DNA of 64,000 nt, from assembly GCA_029564765.1 (NCBI GenBank), contig JAKQPK010000029.1:119-64118 (forward strand), given 5' to 3'. Below, in pieces: positions 15,001 to 27,000 of the stretch (its first letter is position 1; each line of letters begins with the position of its first letter). The notes under the pieces are model-generated. The model saw only the letters and a list, made by a program, of their open reading frames with translations. It was not told the DNA's origin and did no database searches. This DNA is from Candidatus Omnitrophota bacterium. GTDB taxonomy: Bacteria > Omnitrophota > Gorgyraeia > Zapsychrales > Aceulaceae. The translations under genes and the position numbers were made by a program.

Positions 15001-18000
15001 GGATGATCATTTTGGCGCCAGCATTGAACAGGATGTTTCAATGTGGGATAAGATCATTCTTCTTCATGGCGCTGGCAGCGATAAGTACCAAAAGATCCAT
15101 CACGATGATATCGAAGGATACTTCTGGACGCCAGGATTTATTACATTTTATGAGAATGGCGGAAGAGATCAGATCTGGAACTTGCTGACCGATGACGAAA
15201 AGAATAGCTATGAGATTGATCCACCGGCTAAGGGGGGTAGAAAAGGAATATTAACGGTCGACAATATTCTACGCAAGGTTTATCCAGATATTAAAACTTC
15301 CAAGTGGGGCATTTTAGGCTGGATCCGCGTTAATATCAGTTTCAATAGAATTTTGGCTGTTGTACTTGGCGTTTCAGCTTTGTCTTCCTTGGGATTGATC
15401 TTTGCGCCGGCAACAATGAGCTTTACGGCTGTCACAGGTCCTTTTGCTATTATTGCAGGTACCGTAGCCATTATTGGCATCGCTTATGGCGTTATGGTAT
15501 GGGTTGATAAGAAAAATCAGCAAAAGCTTCAGACAAAGGATGTTTACGGCGAATCCGTTTCCCCAGACACATGGGCTAAGAACAATCCTGTTAAAGGCAC
15601 AGCTACCCGCAAGGCAAGAGCTACTGTTGTTATGGTCGTTACGCTCTTGATGAAGCTGGGAGCTGACTTTATCACTTGGCATTGGCTTTCTGGAGCCTTA
15701 AATATTATTCATGGAAGCACATGGATTACAGCGTATGGCGCTATGTTTGGAGGCCCATACATTCTTTTAGCTGTCGTTGTATCGTTGTTCTTCCTTATTT
15801 TCTTCCTTGATATCTTTGCTTGCTACTATATTGTTGAAGGCGCCTTGGGCCACTGGATCGCAAAATTTGAAGGGGTCAATCGCGTTAACGCGTGGAATAA
15901 TCGCTCCTGGAAGAGTATTTCCGGATTTTTCTTTAGCACAGTAAGTTTTCTTGGTATCGTTTCTTTGATCCCAGGCGTTAACGTGGTCACTGGCATTGCT
16001 GTTGCTGTAAGTATTCCAAAGTTTTGGGCTTTCTTGGCAACAGGAGCTGCCATAACTTTATTTGTGTTAGTTATCGATGCTGCGCTAAAGGCCTTTGGCG
16101 CTGAAAGGATCATGGGTGAGAGTGTTAGAGGAAGCTTCAAGAGAGCTTCTCAATATTTCGCTGAAAAGATCCTCCCAGCCTCCATTGTAGGCGTTGATGG
16201 CCAGCGTCGCCCGATGACAAAGACCGAGAAGCTTATCGCTTGGGCTAAAGCATGGAACATGATCATTGCTCAATACCGCGAAGATGATCTGATCTCGGAT
16301 GATGAAAAAAGCGCTTTAAGCTATACAATTGCAAACATTCAAGAAAATGATTTCTTAGCCGGAAATATCACTAAGGATCCTGATTTAAGCGTTGTCCCTG
16401 AAGATGAGCGTGTTCGCGCAAGGATCCAGTTCTTTGTTTCTACGCTTTTCATGAAAATGGAAAACATGCCAGTCTGGGAAAAAATGTATTTATTCAGCGT
16501 TGTCACACCTCTTTATGAAGAGCCGATCATGTATCCGTTTGCCGACAAAACTTTTGGTGAATACGATGCGATCAATCAGAAGTATAAATCCGGACATACG
16601 CTTTTAACCTATCTTATTCATCGTCATTTACAGCAATGGATCAATTTTGTTGAGCGCTTAGCACGTTCCGGCAAGTATAGCGAAAAAGATATTAGTAAGC
16701 TTTACGATTTAAAGCAGAACGAAAGATTAGAGATCACCAATGAAGATCTGATCACTGAAGTTCGTCTATGGGTATCTTATAGATTGCAGCCTTTAGCTCG
16801 CACCGTTCGCGGCGTCATGAATTATCGTCAAGTTTATACCTTCTGGGCTAAGGTCAACTATCCAACACCTCAAAGCCTCCAGCAGCCGACAGCTGAGCAA
16901 TACAACGAAGAGATCGAGAAGATGGTTGATGATAAGTTTGAATATATTGTTGGCCATCAGCCTTATGGCAACTTAGTCGGTAAAGAGGGCGATAAGGAAA
17001 CAATGCTAGTCCAAGACATTCACTATATGTTAAAGAAGTATCGCGGCATGAAGGTTGCTTATCTTGGTAATAGCGATGTCAAAACTGGCACGCCTTATCG
17101 CGGCGTTCTATTGCAATATCGTAAAGGTCCTAAACAGCAAGGGGAGAAGGTTGTTCAGGAGTTTGAAGGCGGTCGCATTGTTGAGATCCATTGTATTAAT
17201 CTTTCTTCGCATTTTGCCGCAGGCCAAGGTAAGCCATTTAACCAGAATAACATCTTTAAGTTTGTTCGTGGCGAGATCGTTCAGATGATGGATATGAATC
17301 AGGACTTTTATCTTGAAGAGGCGTTCAAAGCCCCGAACCTTATGGAGGAATTCAAGAAAGAATCTCGCTTGGCCATTGCAGGGTTCCCCGAAGACGTTAT
17401 CACGGACGTGACAACGCCTGCCGGCCAGGTCCATGCTTTCGGTGACCATACGTTTGTCACTTTAGTTCAGAGAACATTGAATTTTATGGGTATTCGTTAT
17501 CATTATGGCCATCCGGATTTTGTTCGCGCTCAATCCTTCAGGCAGCTTGGTCTTTTGAGCGCTCCTTGGGTCAACGAAGATATTTTCGGGGCTTATAAAG
17601 GCACTATGTATGGCGAAAAGATTATCAACAAAGAAATTCTTCAGGCGGCTAAAGCTCGTGAAACGGTCTTTATTGGCTTAGTGGGTATTTCCGATAAATT
17701 TGGTGCTGGCGCAGGCGAGCAGGCCGTAAGCCAGATCGTATATCGTCACAATCGCTCTAAAGTAGTTGGTTTTTCCAGATCTTTCATGCATTATGTCGCA
17801 TCGATCGGTTACTACTTAAGAAAGCCTGCCATTGTCCTTCAGAACAATTTATATCTTTTAACCGTCGTTCTTTTTGGTATGAGCTTGTTCATGACTTTCC
17901 CTGACGAACTTATTTTTGGTCTTTTGGGCCTTATTCTTTCGCAAGCGATCACCTTTACAGGTTTCTTCCAGTTGGTGCTTGAGAACAGATTGAGCAAGGC

Positions 18001-21000
18001 GATCCGCAAATTCTTGATCATTTTCCCCAAGGCCGCTGTTTCTTATATGTCCTTAGTTTATACAGCGTTCTCTGTAGGTATGAAAAAAGCAATGAAGAAT
18101 AATGGTGATTATGTAAAAACAGGGCGTCGACCTGGCCGAGAACATATGGCGCCGTTTAAGCCTTTGTCAGCAATTGAACTTTTTGATCAGGATGGAAATC
18201 CAACAACAGAAACAAAAGAAGAAATCCAAGGACAAAGAATTGGCGATGCAAGTGATCTTTATGCGCAAATTAATTTGCCGGGCTTCCAGTGGGTGATCAT
18301 CGCTGTCTTTACTATTGCTGGCGGCATCTTCTTGTGGCAAAGCCCTTCAATGATTTGGTCTTTATTCCCGATTGGTATGATCGTTTGCGCTTTGTTTGCT
18401 CCGTTCATTTTGAATGCCGGTTCGTTACCGTTTACTACTGGTGTAAGATCCTGGATTCATCAGCATAGCGCTGATTGGAAAGACTTCCTTAAGAAGATTC
18501 ACGAACAATATCTTGAGGAAGTTAGCATTATGAAGCTTAAGAAGAAAACAAATTTTTACATTGAGAAAAAAATAAAAGACGTTGGTAAGAAAGCAAAAGA
18601 TGATTTAAAGAAGGGAATCCAAGGAGAAAAAGAAGAAGCCCAGGCAAAGAAAGCATTGCAAGATTATCAAGATGCTCAACAGGCAAGAAAGCAGGCGCTC
18701 GGAAAAATTAAAGTTTGGCAAGGAGCTCTTGCTTGGCTTGTCGTCACGACTATTGGCATCTTAACCGTTGTTTTTGCCGGAGGAAAAGTCTTCATCATCT
18801 TAGCCGCAACACTTTTGCTCTATACACTTTCTACGTTTGTCACCGGAACCAAAAGCATAGAAACATATTTAGCTGGTAAAAAGAAGTTTCCTTCTGTTGA
18901 TCAAGATAAAAATCCTTTTTATGCAAAAATTATTAAAGCACGTATTGTCATATATCAATGGGTTATCAAAAACCATATTTTTAAAACTATTTTAAAAACA
19001 CGAATTTCGATATCTAAATGGATTATCAAGGTCAGAGAACTCTTTAATTTTTATGTTTCTGGAACAGCTATTATGATAACGCTAACCATCGTCGGTTTTA
19101 TAAGCATCATTTTTGCTGCCCCTTATTGTATGATTGTAGGCTTAAAGAAAACCCGAATTTTAAAGAAAGGCTTTAATCCAAAGAATCGCGGAGCAGCTAA
19201 CGAGAATTCTTCAAATGATCCCCGTAACAGCCCCCGCAACAACCCGCCGGTCAACGAAAATAAGAAAGCCGTTTATGAAGAAGAAACAGAAAAAGCCGCT
19301 ACTGAAAAAGCTGAGCAAGATAGAATTGCTGAAGCTGCCCATATCGCCCAAGAGAACCGCAAAGCCCAAGAAGCCGAAGCTGCTCGCCTTGCTCAAGAAA
19401 AGGCAGATCAAGAAAAAGCCGCTCAAGCTGAAGCCGCCCGCGTGAACGGCCTTCTCGCTCAGATCAAGAATTTTATTCAATCCAGCGAAGTTACGGATGC
19501 CTTAATGAGCGATGCCGATCAGCGCGTTAGCGAGGCTGCTTCGCTTAAGAAGCAAGAGTTAAGAAATGCTGAGGCTCAGGCTGAAAAAGAAGCTGCTGAA
19601 GCCGCCCGCCTTGCTGATGAAAAGGCCGCTCAAGAAAAGGCAGATCAAGAAAAAGCCGCTCAAGCCGAAGCCGCCCGCCTTGCTGAAGAAAAAGCTGAAG
19701 CTGATCGTATCGCTGGTGAGAAAGCGGGCCAAGAAGACACAGAAACGACTCTTAACGCCCAGCAAGCCGAAGCTGATGACCGCATCGCTGAAAATAAACT
19801 TAAAGCCAATAAAGCCATAGATTCTCTTCAAAAATTGATCGATCAATATAACAATCTGATCGAGAAGTTTCGCGCTGGCAATGATCTTGCGACCGCGCAG
19901 AAATATGAACAGCTAAGAGATCAAGTTCAGGGAAAGATAGAAAAAATACGCAATGAAAATAACGGCACACTATCTTCCGCCCTTAAAGCAAATAACAGCT
20001 CAAGCTCTTCTTCGGTCAGATCGTGGAAAAATATCTTCAACAGAAATAAGATTTCTGCGCAAGATCCCGCAGAGCAGTCGACAGATAGATCAGCCGAAGA
20101 CTCTATCCAAGTTCCTGAATTTAACGAAAATGGACCTGTCAAGGTAACGCCAGAAGCAGAGGAATTGGAAGACCTGATCAGATCATTAGTTGATCAATAT
20201 AAGAACTATCTTGCCATTGTCGAAGATGTTAAGGCTCGCCTGCCGCAATTAGAGGCTTTGAGAGTTTTGTTGACCGAAACGACAAAGCAAGTGGAAGAGA
20301 CCCAAGAACTTGCGATGGGCAATGAAGATCCTGAAACGATATCAGCGATCTCAGAGGCAGTTCTTGAGATGATCAGCACGACCGAGACCTTAAGAGCGGA
20401 TCTTACAAATTTCGAAAATGAAATTGTTACTTTAAAAGAGCAGGCTGGCCAGCGATTGAACGCAATGGGCGACCTGTACGAAGACATCGCGCAAAAACAA
20501 AGATTTTATCAAGAGAAGAAAGAACAAGCTTCTCGCGCGCAGCAAAAAGCCCAAGATGCTCTGCGTAAGGCTCATGATGAATATAACACTGCCAACAACA
20601 GCCAGCAGACAGCCATAAGTCTTGTAGGCGAAAAAGAAGCTGCCGCAACAAAAGCCCAGGAAGCGATCAACGTTCTATTGCAGAGCATTCAGACAGCCAA
20701 AGAATGGCTCGATCCTTTGAAAGAAGAACTCCGATCCCTTGAGCAAAGAATACGTGACGAAAAAGCATTAGAAGCTGGTCGTCGAAGCCAGAGGGAAACC
20801 TTCGAAAATAGGGCTGATCATCTAGAAAATAAAAAGAATGTATTGCAAGCAGAATTAGATGCGATCGACCAGCAGCTTAACGATGTTTTGAGATCTTTAT
20901 CTGAAGCGCGTGCGAAAGAGGCGGAAGCGTTGCTTCTGATGACCACGAAAGAGGCTGAAGAAAACGACGCCCGTTTAGCCGCAAAGGCCGCGCAAGCATC

Positions 21001-24000
21001 TTGCAAAAAAGCCAAAGAAGAAGCTTTAGCGCAAAGACGTAGCGAAGAATTAGCCCGCACTCTTGCCCAAGATGCTGAGATCCAGGCTCAAGGATTTGAA
21101 GAAAATGAAAATGATGCCAGAAGCATAGCAGAAGCTAATGAACAAAAAGCTGAAAGCACCTCCAGCGACTATCGATCCGTACAAAAACTTGCCTCTGACA
21201 AAGAAAGCGCAATGTTGCGCGAACAAGCTGATGAGCAAGAAGCTACGCGAAAAGTTTATGATCTGACAGAGCAAAAGCTTCAGCTGGAAAAACAGGCGCA
21301 ACAAGCACAAGCAATTATTGCTCAAAAAGAACGCGAAGCTAAGGCCTATCGGACAAAAGAGCAGAACCATAGAATGCTCGCGGAGCAGAAAGAAAAAGAT
21401 ATAGAACAGCAAGAAAAGATCAAGCAAGAAGCTCGCGAGCGGATGATCAAAGAAGGTTTGCAGGCAAGATCTGCCTCTTTATGGGAGCAGCATGAAGAGA
21501 TCAGGAAGCTTCTTGCTTCTGCTGAAAACGATAAAGGAACGCTGCAAAGAACAATCGACGACAATGTTTTGTCTATCGGTAAGCTTAAAGAAGAGCAAGC
21601 AAAGAATAAAGAGAGGCTATCTGATGTTTTGCAAGAGATAGAAGCTGTTCGCTCTAAGATCCAAGAAAGCCGGAAAAAGATCTATGATGCCAACAATGGC
21701 TATGGGGCTTCTTTAAAAGAAAGAAATTCACAGGCCGTTGCTTCAGAAAGCGGCATGGACGAGTTGTTGTTCTCGCAAAGAACCCTTTTAACCGAGAAAC
21801 AACATTTAGAGGAGAGGGACACAGAAATTAGCCGAGCGCTTGGAGGCTTGCAAAATAGTCTAACAAAGCATCGCATTGCTGTTGTCTCGCTTAATAAGAA
21901 AATTGTTGAAAATAGCCCGAAATTTAGGCGCATACGAAAAGAAGCAGAAAGCGTAGATCAGCTGATAACAGACCTGCAGAGCGCGATAGAAAGGGCCAAT
22001 GCCGCCAGCACAGAATATGTTCTTGCTGCTCAGAAAGAACGCAGGCAGGAAGACGAAAATCGTCAGTTGGCAATAGGGATTGAAATAGAAATAAAGAATG
22101 CAAAGTCTTCTAAAGACCAGGCAAAAAAGATGATCGAAGACCTGGAACAGCAGATCCTTGGCAAGAAGGCCGCGCAAGAAACAGCAAAGAGCAGATTCTT
22201 TGAGCTAAAAAGCTCTTTTGGATCTTTGCAAGCACGTGCTCGCGCCTTGGGCGAAGAGAATAAGGGCGCGTCTGAGAAGGCGAAGGCCGCGCGCGATCAG
22301 GAAAAGCTATTTTGTCAGAAAAAAGAAGAATCTTTGCATGTGGCCCGCCTAAAGCGTCAAGAGGAGCAAGAAGCTCGTCAGGAAGCGGAAGAGCAAGAAG
22401 CGCTTTCCCACAAGAAAACACAAGAGCACAATCTGTTTTTAGCTAAAGCTCGGGAAGCAAAGGAGATCTCTCAGCAGCAAGCCCAGATCGTGGAGGCGCA
22501 GCAAAAGAGGATCCTTGAGCTTGAGATCCTTCAGCAGCAGTTCAGCGAGAGCTCTTCTAAGAAGCGTTCTCAGGTAGGACGGCTAGCGCAGATCCTCAAT
22601 CTTTTATTCAAGGAGATCAACGAAAAGATCCTCAACGAGGAGAATCTGAGACAATCTTGGCAAGAATATGAGCAACAATACAATACACAGCAGACTGTTT
22701 ACGCGTCTACGTCAAAAGAGAAATTTGACGCTGAACAAGAAGTCCTTAAGCAACAAAACATCCTTCAGCTATCACAGCAAGAGAAGATAAGGCAGGAAAC
22801 GATCGCTTATGAGGCTCAGCAAATAGCCGAACGATCACAGACAGAAATAGATCATCTGAGCGCAAAGATCTTGCGCGCCCAACAGGATGAGATCCGCTTT
22901 GGGCAGGTCATGATCGACATAGAAAGGCTGCATACGGAAACGACACGCCAATGGCTTGCAAAGATCTCCGATGAGATCAAAAAAGACCGATCACAAGGCC
23001 AAGGCGCTTCGCCGATATCTGAGCCTTTCATTCCCGTGCCGTCGATAACACCAGCGTCTTCGATCTTGTTGCCGAGTATTTTAATGCCAACATTTATAGT
23101 GATCCCAGGCTTTTTAAGCCGTTCGTACCCATCCAATAGGGGCCAAGGCGTTTTAAGTAATGATGCTATTCGCGCTTGGCTTGCCGAAAAGATTTCTGCA
23201 CCAACAAAAGCTGTCAAAGAGAACCAGGGGTTGGTGTTCGGAAAGCCGTTGTCGCAATCGACAACGGCTTTCTCTTTGCTTCGCCCCAGGGAAAATTTGG
23301 TCAGGGATGAGATTTCTTCACAAACAGGCCGCTGTCAGAATCTTCCTACCGTGGCAGGAAGCAAGATTTCTTCAACAGCGGCCTTTGCTTTGATCGATAA
23401 GTCGTCGAAGGCTGACCTTCTTTCCGTGGCTGGAACGGGCACCGATGTGGCGACTTTAAATTTTGCTAACAGGCCGTTATTAGAAACATCTTCTTTCCGT
23501 GGTCCCGCTCCTCTCATTCAAAATTTTGTTTATCAAGGAAAAGGAAGCGGTATCCAGATTTCCTCTCGAAATAAATTTAAGGGGAATCTGGTCTGGAACC
23601 GGGTTTCGAGCACGGCCTGTTCTTTATTTTTCAGTGGTTTCAATTCGACTTCTAAATTTTTCTCACAAAACAGGCCGGCGCTTAATCCTTACCGTGGCAG
23701 GGAAGATTTTAATGCACCGGCTTCTGTTTCTTGTTCATTGATAAATATTTTAAGAACGGTCTCGATCTGTTTCTTGGCCGCCGCTATCTTGACTTTTGCA
23801 TCTTGCAAGAAAGAGGAAGAAGACCTGATCAGCCAAGGCATTTGGCCGGTCAGCGTGACGACCCAGAATAACCAGATCTATGTTGATGGCACGCAGTTTC
23901 GGATCAAGGGCCTCACAGCAGACCAAAAACTCTTGACCATGGATGACCTCGCGCAGATCAAAAAGCTTGGCAATGACATTACCTTGCGCGTTTATCTGCC

Positions 24001-27000
24001 TGTTGTGAACAAAGAACTTTTAGCAAAAGCTGCCCAAGAGAATATTAAGCTTATTATCGTTATTCCTTATGATATTAAAGCCGGATCTGTTTACGCTCTT
24101 AAAGACGGTTTTTATGCGGCTTATATCGAAGACTATAAAAAATACGCTGCTATTTTAATGTACGAACTTGGCAACGAATATAATCTCCACCCTGAATGGT
24201 TCAACGGTGACATCAATGTTTGGTACGCAGCCGCGGAAGAGGCTGCTCAAGTGATCAAATCGATCGATCCATCTCGTCCAGTCTCGATGTCTTTTGGCGG
24301 TTGGGCTCCAACCCCTGATATTATCGCCCAATGTCCTTCTGTTGACGTCTGGAGCTTAAACGTTTATCAAGGCTTAAGCTTAAGCGGTGTTTATTCCGCT
24401 TGGCAATCCTTAGGCGTCAACAAGCCGATGTATGTCGGTGAAACAGGCGCGGATTCTTGGAATGCTACAACAAATCAAGAAGATGAGGCTGCACAGGCGT
24501 ATGCCGCTAAAACGCTTTGGCAGGAATATGCGCAGTCCTACACAAATGTTTGCGCTGGCATAACCTTCATGACCTTGCAAGACAATCCTACCTTAACTCA
24601 AAGCCTTCCGTTGTCTGTTTATCCGGATAACACGGCCAATGAATGGGCATGGGGCTGGCTCAGATCTAACGGAACACCCAAAGCTGTTGTCGATACCATG
24701 GCCAATGTGTGGGCGGGGAATGGCGGTAAGAAAAATATAAAAATTAAGCTGGCCCCCAACGAGAAGATTGAAAAAAAGAACAGCAATAAAAAAGTATCGT
24801 CCGCTATTATTTTAGATATTTATGATCCAGGCTTGCTGCTTTTGACAGTTGTTTTTTGGGGGGGTGCTATTATTTTTGTCATTTACCACATATTGAAGTT
24901 TATTGCGAGCACTATACAAGAAGTCGTAAGAACGCGTCAAAACAAAAGATCGCAAGCAAATCAGCAAGGAAAAGATGAGCTAAAAGAGATCTTTTTGTCA
25001 GCTTTAAGGGATGTTGACGAGGGTAAAGGAAGCGGAGAAGTTAAAGAAGCTTTTATTCGTAATCGTCAACAGTTAAACCAATTATTTGCCGAAAACAGCA
25101 TTATTTATCGTGAGCACACCTGGGGGACGATGATGGTTACCCCAGATGGCGTATACAATAATGAATATGATTTCCCACAAAGATACTCTAACACAAAAGA
25201 GCGAGAGGAGCTCGTAGGCAGCAAGAATATTGAAGATTTTGGTTATCAAGATTCCTTTTTAGGGGACGAGAAAGCTGGTATAGAGATCACGTATCGACTA
25301 TCTCGTAAAATAAACACTGCGAAGCTGAAAGATTTCTTTCTTCAGTTTACTCGGGAAGCGGCGATAATATTTTCCTATATTCCCGGAGAACCTTCTGAAG
25401 CCGTTTTTTCTTTTCAGCTTCTTTTAGACGAAGCTCTTGTAAAAGCTGCGGAAATCTACCAGCAAGGTTTTCATTTCAAAATTGATATAGACGAGGCAAC
25501 AGAGGAGAGAGGAAGATATCATTCTTGTACAGATGCAAATAGTAATCATTGCTGTGGTGAACCTTATGCTTCAGGATGCCCAGGATCAGGATATTGGGTT
25601 GTTACGGGGATCTCCACTCGTGTTACTAAAAACGGCGAGATACATAAGACAAAAAAGACCTCTTCTTCAACCCTTAGCCAGCGCAAAGCCCAAGAGATAT
25701 TATTCTCCTTTTTAGCGCAGGAAGACCAGCTTCCTTCTGATCCGGCTGACTTGTTGTTATTGTTAGGCAACAGCCGCTTGGAAACAGTTGAATTAGCTGC
25801 ATATATATACAATCAAGGATTAGCTAGAAATATATTTGTTACCGGCGGCATTGGAAGGGAAACACCATTTCTCGTTAACAACATCAAACGATCTGGAAGA
25901 TATTTAGTCCAGTCGAACCAGCCTGAGGCGTACATATTTAAGGATGTTCTTGTCGCCAATGGGGTCCCAGAAGGCGCTATTTTTGTAGAAGACCTATCAA
26001 CTAATTCAAAAGAAAATATTATTTATAGCAAAGAGATCATTGAGGATCGAAATATTGCGCATGATGTTGTTATTCTGGTCCAGCATCCTTTGATCCAGAA
26101 AAGAGCGGTGGCCACATTCAAACGCTGGATGAGCGATGATGTTGTCATAAGCCGTACGCCTTCCTGGAGAAACATTTGGAATAGACTGACAACAGAAGAG
26201 CAACGAGATTTCACAAAGATGGCTTTAGGAGAAATTGATCGACTTCAAAAATATGGTCCCAAGGGCTTTGGCGATATTGCTTATGTCAAGATCCCTTCCC
26301 GGGTATCGGAAGCATATTCTATTTTAAAAGGAAAGATTTCTTCATCTATTTCTTCTTTTCGTTTTTATTTTAAGTTATCTCTGCTTGTCTTAAGTCTGGG
26401 CCTTTTTACTGCCTGTTCTTCTCGCGATCAGAACGAGAAGAACAATCAGGCGGAACAATCGGTACGCCAGTGCCCACAGATGAAAGTCGAAGACAGGGCA
26501 AAGCTTTCCGATATTCTTGAGCGCGCAGGGTATTCTGGCGCGGCTAAGGATCAGCTGATTAATGAGTTTGCAATACTTTTCCAAGAGATCAACTTTGAGC
26601 GCTTCCAGAAAGAATTACAAACCGAAGATCCTGAAGATCTGGAAAAAGCCATCAACGAACTTATCAGCGTTCTTAAGGGAAAAGGATATTTAGACACTTC
26701 CAATCCCAAGACATTGCTGAAGCTTTTAGTCAACGGTCTTAATCCAAGAGGCGAAGATGTTTTTAAATTGTTGGACGAGTCTAGCTTGAGCAACGAAGTC
26801 AAGACTTTAGAAAAAGAAATCCTTGTTGCTTGTTCTGCTCAATCCCAATTAGCATATATTCTTCTGCGCTTAGCTGATATATCTGCAATTGGAATTCTTT
26901 CAGATAATCCACATCTTTCAAAAGCCGGGCATGCTTATGTCATTATAGAAACAAGGAGCGGACGGTTTATTTTTGTAGATTTTGTAAATAGATTTGCTCG

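Noticed and set aside
19215-19820. Lys-rich plus-strand ORFs (19215-19445, 19566-19820) that look like histone-like or basic proteins
   Set aside because: They are frame +3 readings of the GAA/AAG/GCC-rich coiled-coil coding DNA. The in-frame (+2) translation is a regular E/K/A heptad rod continuous with its flanks.
23575-23625. tRNA-like T-arm-looking string (ggtctggaaccgggtttcgagcacggcc)
   Set aside because: No acceptor-stem or anticodon-arm complement could be built around it. It is part of the degenerate hairpin repeat cluster.
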